A program made the position numbers and the translations under genes. This document shows, piece after piece, positions 15,757 to 25,175 of a stretch of 57,665 nucleotides of DNA. The notes below the pieces were generated by a model. It worked only from the letters and a program-made list of their open reading frames with translations. It searched no databases and was not told the origin of the DNA. Source of the DNA: a virus (taxonomy: Duplodnaviria > Caudoviricetes); the IMG/VR virus record IMGVR_UViG_3300042482_000462, positions 1 to 57,665 of that record; one strand, given 5' to 3'. How positions within the stretch are numbered: the stretch's first letter is position 1; every line of letters begins with the position of its first letter.

Positions 15757-16495
15757 AATAAGCCCATCAAAGTATCTTGTGACGGCGGGCTGGTCTGATG
15801 TTCCACATTTGGACGCCAAGACGCAAGCCGAATTGCTTGCCAGCACGCCGCCGCACCTACGAGACGCAAGATCAAAGGGCATTCCTGCGCTTGGCGCAGG
15901 GGCCATTTACCCCGTGCCTGAATCTGAAATCCTGGTAGACGACTTCCAGATACCCGCTTACTGGCCGCGCGCATACGGCCTTGACGTTGGCTGGAACAAA
16001 ACCGCTGCCGTCTGGGGCGCCCACAACCGCGAAACCGATGTGCTGTATCTCTACAGCGAGTATTACCGTGGCCAGGCTGAGCCTTCAATCCACGCCGCAG
16101 CGATCAAAGCCCGCGGCGAATGGATACCCGGCGCGATTGATCCAGCAAGCCGCGGTCGAAGCCAGGCAGACGGACAGCAACTGTGGCAGTTGTACTGCGA
16201 TCTGGGCCTATTGCTGACGAAAGCAGACAACAAGGTCGAAGGCAATGGACCAGAATCAGGTATATACACGGTATGGGAGCGATTGAGCACCGGCCGGCTG
16301 AAGGTATTCAAGAGCCTGCAGAACTGGCTCAGTGAATACCGTATCTACAGGCGCGACTTGAACGGCAAAATCGTCAAGGAAAACGACCATTTGCAAGACG
16401 CCGCACGCTACCTGTGCAAAACCGGCATCAGTCTCGCATGTGTGCAGCCAAGATTGACGCAGCGCAAGGCCGCAACGAATTGGAGAACGGTATGA
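15749..16495 (+). CDS. terL: Terminase large subunit, nuclease half
   Basis: GWSDVPHL..RDARSKGIPALGAGAIY, GLDVGWNKTA, HLQDAARY; own SD GGAGA 15738-15742. Confidence 0.9.
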   Translation: MPEISPSKYLVTAGWSDVPHLDAKTQAELLASTPPHLRDARSKGIPALGAGAIYPVPESEILVDDFQIPAYWPRAYGLDVGWNKTAAVWGAHNRETDVLYLYSEYYRGQAEPSIHAAAIKARGEWIPGAIDPASRGRSQADGQQLWQLYCDLGLLLTKADNKVEGNGPESGIYTVWERLSTGRLKVFKSLQNWLSEYRIYRRDLNGKIVKENDHLQDAARYLCKTGISLACVQPRLTQRKAATNWRTV

Positions 16496-16956
16496 GTGGA
16501 TCAATTCTTGGCCCCAGCGGCGGCAAGTTCGTGGAGTTGGGCGGCGAACGCGCCTGGCTCACCCGCAACATCGGTGAGTTCGTGTGCTCGTTCCAATGGA
16601 TCGACTTGGACGACGGCGAAGACCCGCACCCGTGCATGTGCATCTTCAAGGCCAACAGAGCGTTTGATGTGGTGCCGTATGTGATCCCGCAGCGCAACGC
16701 CTACGCTTTCGCCAGCAAGACGGGCGGCCCATCGCCACACGCCATCGGAGCGGCATTCAAGGCCTGCGTGACCATGGGCACATTCCCGGCGCAGGACACC
16801 ATCCGCAAGCTGGTGGACATCATCGTTGAAGGCATCCCGGACCTGATTCGGATGCCAAGCGAGCAAGACAAGGCGCTCGATCTGGTGCGCACGTTCTACG
16901 GCATGGAAGCGACCGCGAAAATCAACGGCAAAGTTGTCCGAGAAGAGGTGCTGTGA
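16492..16956 (+). CDS. Hypothetical protein between terminase and portal
   Basis: GGAGA SD; coupled on both sides. Confidence 0.8.
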   Translation: MSGSILGPSGGKFVELGGERAWLTRNIGEFVCSFQWIDLDDGEDPHPCMCIFKANRAFDVVPYVIPQRNAYAFASKTGGPSPHAIGAAFKACVTMGTFPAQDTIRKLVDIIVEGIPDLIRMPSEQDKALDLVRTFYGMEATAKINGKVVREEVL

Positions 16957-19193
16957 TGTTTGGCATTGAGCACCGCAAGACAAACACCCAGGCGCCTGGG
17001 GACACGCCGTTCATTGACGAGAAGCTGGCCAAGTCTGACCCTGAAGCCGAACGCGACCGCCGCCACAGCATACTGATGGAGTGTCTGACCGACGAGCGCG
17101 ACCGCCAGCAGGAAGAACGGCTCCAGGCGTCGATTGACGAAGACTTCTACGATCACCTGCAGTGGCGCCAAGATGAGGCCATCATGTTGATCGACCGCGG
17201 CCAGGCCCCGCTGGTGTTCAACGAGGCCCGCCAGACCATCGACTGGCTGTCTGGCATGGAAAAGCGCATGCGCAAGGACTACAAGATCCTGCCGCGCGAA
17301 AAGAACGACGAGCAAGGCGCTGAAATCAAGACCCAGGTAGTCAAGTACACCGATGAGGTCAACCTGACGCAATGGCATCGCAGCCGGGCCTTCAAGCAGG
17401 CGGCACTGTCTGGCCTGGGCTGGCTGGAGGAAGGCGTCAACGTTGACCCGGAAGCGGAAATCATCTTCAGCGGATCCGAGGACTGGCGCAACGTCTACCG
17501 CGACAGCCGGTGCCGAAACTTCGCTCTTGAGGATGCCCGCTATCTGTTCCGCCGCAAGGTGACCGACCTTGACTATGCGCTCGCACTGCTGCCAAAAGCC
17601 AAGGAACACCTGCGGGCAATCGCCAGCACCGACGATACGTCGCTTGACGAGGAAGACACCTGGTATCTGGGCGAGAAGCTGACCGGTGCGAGCGACATAT
17701 CCGCAACCGATGGCCTGCCTGGTGGTTGGCGGGATCGCCGCGGGTATCTGGGCAACGACTACACCGACAAGGGCAGGCGCACCAGCGTGGAACTGCTGGA
17801 ATGCTGGTATCGCGTGCCAGAAACCGTGAAGGTGTTCGACAGCGGCCCGCTGGCAGGAAAGGTCTTCAACCCTGCCGAAAACGCTCACATGCAGCTGCAG
17901 CAAGACGGCCACAAGATGTACGAGGCCGTGAAGATGCGGATGCGCGTCATGGTGGCCACAAAGGACCAGCCGCTATGGGATGGACCAAGCCCATTCCGCC
18001 ACGGCCGGTTTCTGCTGGTTCCCATGTGGGGCTATCGCAGGTATCGGGATGGCATGGCCTATGGGGTCATGCGCGGGATGCGGGATCTGCAGGAAGACGT
18101 GAACAAGCGGGCGTCAAAGGCCCTTTGGCTGTTGTCGTCCAACCGCGTGGTGGCCGAAGAAAACGCAGTCGCCGACGTGGAAGAAGCCCGCCAGGAAGCT
18201 GCCAGGGCTGACGGCTGGATCTCAGTGCGAGCAGGCAAGAGCCTGAAGTTTGAGAAGCCCACCGCTGAAATCGCCGGCAACCTCGAGATGATGGACCGCA
18301 ACGTCCAGTTCATGCGCGATGTTGGTGGAGTCACTTCTGCCAACCTTGGCCGCGGCGCCAACCAGCAGAGCGGCATCGCCATCGAGCGACAGCAGGATCA
18401 AGGGTCGCTGACATCGAGCGAGCTGTTCGACAACAAGCTGCTGGCCACCAAAATTGCCGGGCAACTGCGCGTGTCGCACATCGAGCAGTTCATGACGCGC
18501 GAGAAGGCCATCCGCATCATGGGCGACGGCAAACCCATCGAGTGGCTGGAGGTCAACAAAGTCAACCCGGACACGGGCGAAGTCGTCAACGACCTGACCG
18601 CGCAGCAGGCTGACTTCACGGTCAGCGAGCAGGACTACCGCGAATCCTACGCACGGGCCGCCCTTGAACAGATGATGGAACTGCTGGGCCAGATCGCCAC
18701 CTACGCACCGCAAGTGGTCATGAGCGTGCTAGACCTTGTGGTTGACAGCGCCGAGATCAAGAACAAGGACGAGTGGGTGTCTCGCATCCGCAAACTCAAC
18801 GGGCAGCGCGACCCGACCAAGCAGGTTACCGAAGAAGAACAGCAGAAGGCGTTTGCCGACGCACAGAAGCAGGCCCTGACAGACCAGATGGCCATGAAGC
18901 AGATGCACCTGCAACTCAAGAAGCTGGAGGGCGAAATCGGCAAGATGGATTCCGACGCCATTCTCAAGCGCGTGCAGGGAATGATGAGCGCCCTGCAGGC
19001 CGCCCAGCAGGTGGCAATCACCCCAGCCATCGCCCCGGTGGCAGACGAAATCATGCGCGGCGCAGGTTTTGAGGACCAGAAGGGGCAAGACCCGAACATC
19101 CAGACTGTGCAGCCAGCGCAGCAAATCCCAGCACAGGCGGCGCCACAGCCGCCAACGATGCAACAACCCACGATCCAACCCATGGAGCAATGA
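16953..19193 (+). CDS. Portal protein (P22-like)
   Basis: DEDFYDHLQW..RGQAPLVFN, YGVMRGMRDLQEDVNKR, SGIAIERQQDQG; 746 aa; position. Confidence 0.93.
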   Translation: MMFGIEHRKTNTQAPGDTPFIDEKLAKSDPEAERDRRHSILMECLTDERDRQQEERLQASIDEDFYDHLQWRQDEAIMLIDRGQAPLVFNEARQTIDWLSGMEKRMRKDYKILPREKNDEQGAEIKTQVVKYTDEVNLTQWHRSRAFKQAALSGLGWLEEGVNVDPEAEIIFSGSEDWRNVYRDSRCRNFALEDARYLFRRKVTDLDYALALLPKAKEHLRAIASTDDTSLDEEDTWYLGEKLTGASDISATDGLPGGWRDRRGYLGNDYTDKGRRTSVELLECWYRVPETVKVFDSGPLAGKVFNPAENAHMQLQQDGHKMYEAVKMRMRVMVATKDQPLWDGPSPFRHGRFLLVPMWGYRRYRDGMAYGVMRGMRDLQEDVNKRASKALWLLSSNRVVAEENAVADVEEARQEAARADGWISVRAGKSLKFEKPTAEIAGNLEMMDRNVQFMRDVGGVTSANLGRGANQQSGIAIERQQDQGSLTSSELFDNKLLATKIAGQLRVSHIEQFMTREKAIRIMGDGKPIEWLEVNKVNPDTGEVVNDLTAQQADFTVSEQDYRESYARAALEQMMELLGQIATYAPQVVMSVLDLVVDSAEIKNKDEWVSRIRKLNGQRDPTKQVTEEEQQKAFADAQKQALTDQMAMKQMHLQLKKLEGEIGKMDSDAILKRVQGMMSALQAAQQVAITPAIAPVADEIMRGAGFEDQKGQDPNIQTVQPAQQIPAQAAPQPPTMQQPTIQPMEQ

Positions 19194-20092
19194 TGCAACT
19201 GACCGAACTTGAACGCCAAGGCCTGAGCGAAGACGAGATTGCCCTGCTGGCCGATGGCCTGGAAGAAGACGGCACGCCAGTCGAGGAAGGCAGCGCTACC
19301 GCGGCGCCAGACGATGAGCTCGACGAAGACCCGGCCGATGAACCCCAGGCCGCCGAAGCCAAGCCGGTTGCGAAGCCGCAGGAGCCCGAGCCTGCAGCCG
19401 ACGAACAGACACAGGAAGAAACGACCGCAGCTCAGCCGGTGTTCGTTCCGCAGTACAGCGCCGAAGTCCCCGCCGACGCAAAAGAGCAGATGGCGTTGCT
19501 GCGCGCCGAGGAACGAGCCGCTTTCGCCAAGCTCATGGACGGCGAAGAAGGCATGGACACCGAGGCCTACAACGCCATCCGTGACCGCACCGATGCCGCA
19601 ATTGACGACCTGAAGACCAGGGCGTTGACCGCAAGCATCTTCCGCCAGGCCACCGAACAGGCCGCCACACAGCGCGCCCGCGAGGAATGGGATTCCGCCA
19701 AAACCCAGTGCTTCGCGCAGTTCAAGGCCGATGGGCAGGATTACACCGACTCCACCAAGCCAGGCCTGCTGGCAGCCTACAACCACCACCTCAAGGCGTT
19801 GGGTGCAAACCCGGCAAACGAAGACAAGAACAGCGACTGGTTTCTGCGTGAAGCGCACAGGCTTACACGCGCCGACCTTGGCATTACGTCGAAACCGAGC
19901 GCCAATACAGTGCAAATGGCGCGCGGAGTTGACAAATCGTCAATTCCTCCGACACTTTCCCGTGTGCCACCGGCCGCTGATGCGTCAATTGCCGGTGATG
20001 AGTTTGCGCACTTGGCCAACATGAGCGGCGCGGCATTGGAAAAGGCCATCGCCGGCATGACGCCAGAGCAGCTTGATCGTTACCTGAGCTGA
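19190..20092 (+). CDS. Putative scaffolding protein
   Basis: Acidic, helical, between portal and MCP; ends MTPEQLDRYLS. Confidence 0.8.
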   Translation: MMQLTELERQGLSEDEIALLADGLEEDGTPVEEGSATAAPDDELDEDPADEPQAAEAKPVAKPQEPEPAADEQTQEETTAAQPVFVPQYSAEVPADAKEQMALLRAEERAAFAKLMDGEEGMDTEAYNAIRDRTDAAIDDLKTRALTASIFRQATEQAATQRAREEWDSAKTQCFAQFKADGQDYTDSTKPGLLAAYNHHLKALGANPANEDKNSDWFLREAHRLTRADLGITSKPSANTVQMARGVDKSSIPPTLSRVPPAADASIAGDEFAHLANMSGAALEKAIAGMTPEQLDRYLS

Positions 20093-20283
20093 TGAGCGAG
20101 AAACATACGCTCACGGTCGAGGTCAGGGTCGGTGAGGCTCTGTCGATTGACCGAGGGCGCATTGTGCTGAAGGTGGAAGAGAAGTCCGGTCAAAGAGCGC
20201 GTCTGAGGTTTGAATTTCAGGCGCCAACAGAAGTACGGAAGATCATCCCGGGCGCGGCCATGCTGGCGCGTCAGGGGGTTTGA
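20092..20283 (+). CDS. Divergent CsrA/RsmA-like protein
   Basis: LTVEVRVGEALSID..IVLKVEEKSGQRARLRFEFQAPTEVRK parallels CsrA [33 protein letters not shown]. Confidence 0.7.
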   Translation: MSEKHTLTVEVRVGEALSIDRGRIVLKVEEKSGQRARLRFEFQAPTEVRKIIPGAAMLARQGV

Positions 20284-20360
20284 GGAAGCCTGGCGAGGCA
20301 AAACGCACAGTCTGGCCGCGCAGTAGTGCAGCCCTATCAACCTAAGTTGAAGGAGCGCAC

Positions 20361-21485
20361 ATGCGTACCGTGATCGGGGTCAACGACCCGCAAACCGTCA
20401 AGAAGTGGTCATCCGCCCTGGGCGTGGCCGTCAACAAGCAGTCCTACTTTGCGTCCAAGATGATGGGCATGGGCAAGGACTCGCGCCTTCCCATCCAGCG
20501 CATGGACGAGCTGGAGAAGGACGCAGGCGATGAAGTCACCTATGACCTGTTGATGCCCATGAACATGGAGCCCATCATCGGCGATGAGGCTCTGGACGGC
20601 CGCGAGCAGCAGCTCAAGTACTACACCGACAAGATGCGCATCGACCAAGTGCGCGGCGGTGTGGATCTGGGCTCGCGCATGACCCGCAAGCGCACGTTGC
20701 GCAACATCCGCACCGATGCCAAGCGTGTCCAGGCCGACTGGTGGAAGCGCCTCTACGACGAACTGTTCTTCATCTACCTGTCCGGCAGCCGCGGTACTCA
20801 AACCGGCTACGTCTGGCCGACGAGCAGCCCGTTCTTCTCGGTCAACACCTTGACGGCGCCTGATTCCATGCACCAGATGTATGGCGGCACCGCAACCAGC
20901 AAGGCGACGGTTGCCAACACCGACAACTTTGATCTGCGGTTGATCGACAAGGCGGTGGCCAAGGCCGAAACGATGGGCGGTGACGGAAGCGACGAAATCA
21001 GCATGTTGCCCTGCCAAGTGGAAGGCGGCGAGTACTACGTCGCCCTGATGCACACCTTCCAGTACGACAGCATGAAGTCGAACACTTCAACCGGTCAGTG
21101 GCTGGACATCCAGAAGGCAGCGGCTGCTGCTGAAGGCACCAAGGCCCCGTTGTTCAAGAACAGCGGCGGCATGTACGCCGATGTGGTCTTGCACAAGCAC
21201 CGCAACGTGGTCGGCTGGACGGACTACGGCGCTGGTGGCAACCTGCCCGCTCGTCGCGCGCTGTTCCTGGGCGCGCAGGCCGCTGCGATCTGCTTTGGCT
21301 CGCCTGGCGATGGCATGCGGTTTGACTGGACCGAGGAAATCAAGGACCACGGCAACTCGATCAAGATCGGCAGCAACAGCATCATGGGTGTGAAGAAGGT
21401 CACCTACAAGTCCAAGGACACCCTGGTGTCCCGCGACTTCGGCGTGATCGCGCTCGACACGCACGCCAAAGACCCCAACACCTGA
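20361..21485 (+). CDS. Major capsid protein (N4-gp56/DUF4043-like)
   Basis: MRTVIGVNDPQTVKKWS, ELEKDAGDEVTYDL, RALFLGAQA, DFGVIALDT; strong SD; biased codon usage. Confidence 0.93.
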   Translation: MRTVIGVNDPQTVKKWSSALGVAVNKQSYFASKMMGMGKDSRLPIQRMDELEKDAGDEVTYDLLMPMNMEPIIGDEALDGREQQLKYYTDKMRIDQVRGGVDLGSRMTRKRTLRNIRTDAKRVQADWWKRLYDELFFIYLSGSRGTQTGYVWPTSSPFFSVNTLTAPDSMHQMYGGTATSKATVANTDNFDLRLIDKAVAKAETMGGDGSDEISMLPCQVEGGEYYVALMHTFQYDSMKSNTSTGQWLDIQKAAAAAEGTKAPLFKNSGGMYADVVLHKHRNVVGWTDYGAGGNLPARRALFLGAQAAAICFGSPGDGMRFDWTEEIKDHGNSIKIGSNSIMGVKKVTYKSKDTLVSRDFGVIALDTHAKDPNT

Positions 21486-21490
21486 TTGAC

Positions 21491-21510
21491 GGCCCTTCGG
21501 GGCCTTCTTC
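21491..21510 (+). terminator. UUCG hairpin or weak terminator after MCP
   Basis: GGCCC-TTCG-GGGCC-TTCTTC. Confidence 0.55.
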
Positions 21511-21534
21511 TCACCACCTTTCAAGGAGCACAAA

Positions 21535-21975
21535 GTGCCAAACGTTTCTACCCGAGTTTTTACCGGTGCGCGCAACATCCCGCAGCCGGATGAGGGCGCG
21601 CTGAAGCCAGTCGTCATCCAAGTTGACTTTCCTTCAACCGCTTTCGCTGCCAATGACCTGGTGTTTCTGACCCGCATCCCCATCGGGGTTGCGGTGCAGG
21701 ACTACGAGTTCCACTTCCCGGACATCGACACCGGCACCCCGGCGTTTGCGTTCAGTTTCGGCGTGTGCAATGCCGGCCTGACCGACCTGGCCACGGTGTA
21801 TGCGTCTGGCCTGACGGCCGGTCAATCCACCGCCATCGTTCGCGCCACCACCACCGTCGCAGCCCAAGACGCGACTACGGCCGAGCGCGTGCTGGCGCTG
21901 AAGATCACCACCATCGCCGCGACCTACGCAGGGTCCGGTGCTGTTGGTCAAGTCGTGCTGCATCTGCGCGGCTAA
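21535..21975 (+). CDS. Putative capsid decoration or minor virion protein
   Basis: AAGGAG SD plus GTG; beta-rich; follows MCP. Confidence 0.75.
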   Translation: MPNVSTRVFTGARNIPQPDEGALKPVVIQVDFPSTAFAANDLVFLTRIPIGVAVQDYEFHFPDIDTGTPAFAFSFGVCNAGLTDLATVYASGLTAGQSTAIVRATTTVAAQDATTAERVLALKITTIAATYAGSGAVGQVVLHLRG

Positions 21976-21996
21976 AAGGTTCTTTGCAGTGGGTTT

Positions 21997-22025
21997 GGGC
22001 CAGCTGCAAAGGCTGGCCCGTTTTT
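21997..22025 (+). terminator. Intrinsic terminator
   Basis: GGGCCAGC-loop-GCTGGCCC-GTTTTT. Confidence 0.65.
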
Positions 22026-22038
22026 GAAAGCACGACAC

Positions 22039-22428
22039 ATGGCTCTTGTCCACGCATACCGGCGCGACGCCCCGCACCAACTTGATTTTGGGGCGCTCAA
22101 GTTCGACTTTGCCGCCAACGATGCAGGGCATCAGGTGTGCGAGGTGCCAGACGGGCCTGAGCTTGCCAGGCTGCTGGAGATCACCGAGGGCTATGTCCTG
22201 TACGGTAACGTGCCAAATGCGCCAAGTGCGGCAGAAGACGACGACGCGATGGCGTCGAAGTTCATCATCACCAGCGGTGACGATGACCAGGCCGTGGATC
22301 TGCGCAAGCTGGACCGCGCCGGGCTCTTGGCCTTCATCGAAGAACAGGAACTGGACTACAAGCCGCACCACCGCGCTGGTGACGACACCATTCGGCACAA
22401 GATCGTTGAACTGCTGATCGGCGGCTAA
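22039..22428 (+). CDS. Hypothetical head-region protein
   Basis: ORF track; position. Confidence 0.7.
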   Translation: MALVHAYRRDAPHQLDFGALKFDFAANDAGHQVCEVPDGPELARLLEITEGYVLYGNVPNAPSAAEDDDAMASKFIITSGDDDQAVDLRKLDRAGLLAFIEEQELDYKPHHRAGDDTIRHKIVELLIGG

Positions 22429-22430
22429 GT

Positions 22431-23219
22431 GTGCCTGCAACCACCATCACTGTCCGCGAGGTACTGCGCCAAGCCAGCACCCTGCTAGCCGACATTGCGC
22501 CGCAGTACGACCGTCAACCAGAGCATGAGATGGTCGGCTGGCTCAACGAGGGCCAGTTGTGGATCTCCAGCCTGCTGCCGCTGTCCACGTCGCGCATCGA
22601 CGCGATCAAGCTAAAGGCAGGATCGTTGCAAAGCATTGAGTCCATCGCCACGACAGACATCAAGCCAAGCGACGGCACGACACCCGCAGCCACGGTGCTG
22701 GGGACGCAGTTGCTGCGTGTGATGTGCAACATGGGGTCGGATGGGTTGACAGAAGGGCGCGCAATCCGCCTGACCGTGCAAGAAGCCAAGGACATGCAAA
22801 ACAGCATGTGGCGCACCAACACCGGCTTAGAGGTCAAGGAATACTGCCACGATCCAGTGACGCCGCGGCAGTTCGAGGTGTGGCCTGCCGTTACCGGCAA
22901 CGTCTGGGTGCGTGTTTCCATGAATGCCCAGCCGGCCATCATCCCCAACTCAACGTTCGGCGGCTCTACGCTGTACCCGGCATCTGGATCTGCATCGCTC
23001 AAGATCAGCCTGGCCGACGAATACGCCCAGATGCTGGTGAACTTCATCGTGGCCCGGTCCCTGATGCGCGAAACCGAGTGGGCTGACGCTGCAAAAGCTC
23101 AGTTCTTCTCCGGTTTGGTGGTCAACGGACTGAATGCCAAAGTGGCTGCGGTGACCGGCGCCAATCCGAACCTTAAGTCTTTGCCGTTTGCCCCGAACCC
23201 GGTGGGTCAGGCGGGGTAA
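22431..23219 (+). CDS. Head-tail adaptor-like virion protein (DUF6682-like)
   Basis: TVREVLRQASTLLAD..EMVGWLNEGQ..RQFEVWPA..LADEYAQMLVNF. Confidence 0.75.
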   Translation: MPATTITVREVLRQASTLLADIAPQYDRQPEHEMVGWLNEGQLWISSLLPLSTSRIDAIKLKAGSLQSIESIATTDIKPSDGTTPAATVLGTQLLRVMCNMGSDGLTEGRAIRLTVQEAKDMQNSMWRTNTGLEVKEYCHDPVTPRQFEVWPAVTGNVWVRVSMNAQPAIIPNSTFGGSTLYPASGSASLKISLADEYAQMLVNFIVARSLMRETEWADAAKAQFFSGLVVNGLNAKVAAVTGANPNLKSLPFAPNPVGQAG

Positions 23220-23221
23220 CC

Positions 23222-24883
23222 ATGACGCCCATCCGGCTCGCTGGATTTGCAGGCTGCAACGTGTCAATGCAGCCGCGCGTGCTGCCGCCAGAAGTGGGAG
23301 CGTTCTGCGAGAACCAACGGCCTGGCCGCGGCGACTTCCGCCCATGGCGTGTCCCGCTGAACGTGGCCACCGTGCCATCGGGTAGAAAGGCAATCTATCG
23401 GTTCAACCGTGATACGCGCAGTGACGTAAACCACTGGTTCAGCCTGACCACGTTCGGGCATTTTGTCCGTGCATTCCTGGCCGAAGACCCGACAGAGCGG
23501 ACCTACTTTGCTGCCGAGACTGGCGGCCTCAAGGTCACAGACAACACCATTGCGCTGGCTGGGACACCGTACCCAACAGCATCGCGCGCAGTGGGTGTTC
23601 CTGCCCCCGTTGGCCTGCCGATTGTCACGCAGACAACTGCCGGAACTGGGGCCGACGAAACTCGCTTCTACATCTACGTGTACGTCAACGACTGGGGTGA
23701 AGTCAGCGCACCAAGCCCAGTCAGCGCGGCGGTGACGTGTAAGCCTGGCGCAATCCTGGACATCACGGGGCTGTCTACCGTGCCGGGCGGTACGCACGGG
23801 ATCAACAAGATCCGCATCTACCGGACGGTTGCAGGAACCACCAACGCCGACTTCTTTTTTCTGCGCGAGATCACACCTGCAACGTCAACGACAGACGATG
23901 CGCGTGCAGTCGGAACCGATGTGCTGGAAAGCGCCGGGCCGGCCGGCACGCTTGGTTTGCAGTGGGAAGTGCCACCGGCTGACCTGACGTGCCCGACGCG
24001 CATGTGGAACGGCATGATGGCCGGCATTTCCGACAAGTCAGTGCGAATCTGCGAGCCGTACAAGCCCTACGCCTGGCCACCTGCGTATGAGGTCTTGACG
24101 GACGACAGGCCTGTTGCGCTCGCATCCTTTGGCAGCAACGTGGTGATCCTGACCACGGGCACGCCATACATCATGTACGGCGCGTCGCCAGAGGCAATCG
24201 ACTCCAAGCCAGCCCAAAAGGTGATGTCGTGCGAATCCAGGGCCAGTGTCGTGTCGTTTGAGCACGGCGTTGTCTGGGCCAGTGCTGACGGACTTGCGTA
24301 TGTCGGCGCATCTGGGTCGCCAAAGATGCTCACAGAGGGGGTGGTCACCAAAGAGCAGTGGCGCACCTTCAGCCCGGCAACCATGGTCGCGGCGCAGTTC
24401 GATGGCATGTACGTGGGGTTCTATGAGTACCTGGGCGTGTGGAAAGGGTTTGCCATAGACCCGCTGTCGCCAAGCACGGTGTTCCCCATCGACGTTGGAT
24501 ACCCGGCCTGCTACTACGACCAGTTGCAGGGGTTCCTGTACGTGCTGTCAGGCGAGAACATCGCCAAGTGGGATGCTGGCGCTACGTTCATGACTGCCCA
24601 GCACCGCAGCAAGATATTCCGGGTGCCAAGGCCTTCCAACCCGGCCGTGGCAGAGGTCATCGCTGACGGGTATCCGGTGACATTCAAGCTGTACGCTGGG
24701 CGTTTCAGCGTGGACGGATGGTCTGCTGGAGCGCTCAAGACAACCAAGACCGTCACCAGCCGCGCGCCGTTTTGGCTGCCATCCGGGTATCTGGCCGAGG
24801 ACATTCAAATCGAGCTGAGCAGCGCATCACCGATCACTGGTGTGGCGGTTGCCGGCAGCATTCTTGACCTTCGAGAGACGTAA
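23222..24883 (+). CDS. Tail tubular/stabilisation-like virion protein
   Basis: YVYVNDWGEVSAPSP, IRIYRT, EPYKPYAWP, GVVWASADGL, FWLPSGY. Confidence 0.8.
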   Translation: MTPIRLAGFAGCNVSMQPRVLPPEVGAFCENQRPGRGDFRPWRVPLNVATVPSGRKAIYRFNRDTRSDVNHWFSLTTFGHFVRAFLAEDPTERTYFAAETGGLKVTDNTIALAGTPYPTASRAVGVPAPVGLPIVTQTTAGTGADETRFYIYVYVNDWGEVSAPSPVSAAVTCKPGAILDITGLSTVPGGTHGINKIRIYRTVAGTTNADFFFLREITPATSTTDDARAVGTDVLESAGPAGTLGLQWEVPPADLTCPTRMWNGMMAGISDKSVRICEPYKPYAWPPAYEVLTDDRPVALASFGSNVVILTTGTPYIMYGASPEAIDSKPAQKVMSCESRASVVSFEHGVVWASADGLAYVGASGSPKMLTEGVVTKEQWRTFSPATMVAAQFDGMYVGFYEYLGVWKGFAIDPLSPSTVFPIDVGYPACYYDQLQGFLYVLSGENIAKWDAGATFMTAQHRSKIFRVPRPSNPAVAEVIADGYPVTFKLYAGRFSVDGWSAGALKTTKTVTSRAPFWLPSGYLAEDIQIELSSASPITGVAVAGSILDLRET

Positions 24884-24895
24884 CGAAAGACAGCC

Positions 24896-25174
24896 ATGGC
24901 AAACATTCTTGCAGCCGGTACAACCGCAACCTCGTCGTCAACGTTCACTCTTGACGGCACCACCGAAACAACGCTGAAGGTCATCGGCGCTACAGGCGGG
25001 TCATTCCTGCCCGACGATGAACTGATGTTCATTGAATACCAAGGGTCAGACAATGGCTGGGTGCCGTTCAGCATGTTGACGACCGCCGCACCCATAGTGG
25101 TACTCAAGGCCGCAGGAACATTCCGCGTGCGCAGGGTGGCGCTGCTGGCGGACGTAGGGTGCGACCGGGACTGA
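24896..25174 (+). CDS. Small virion-associated beta protein
   Basis: ORF track; ends AAGTFRVRR..VGCDRD. Confidence 0.7.
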   Translation: MANILAAGTTATSSSTFTLDGTTETTLKVIGATGGSFLPDDELMFIEYQGSDNGWVPFSMLTTAAPIVVLKAAGTFRVRRVALLADVGCDRD

Positions 25175-25175
25175 C

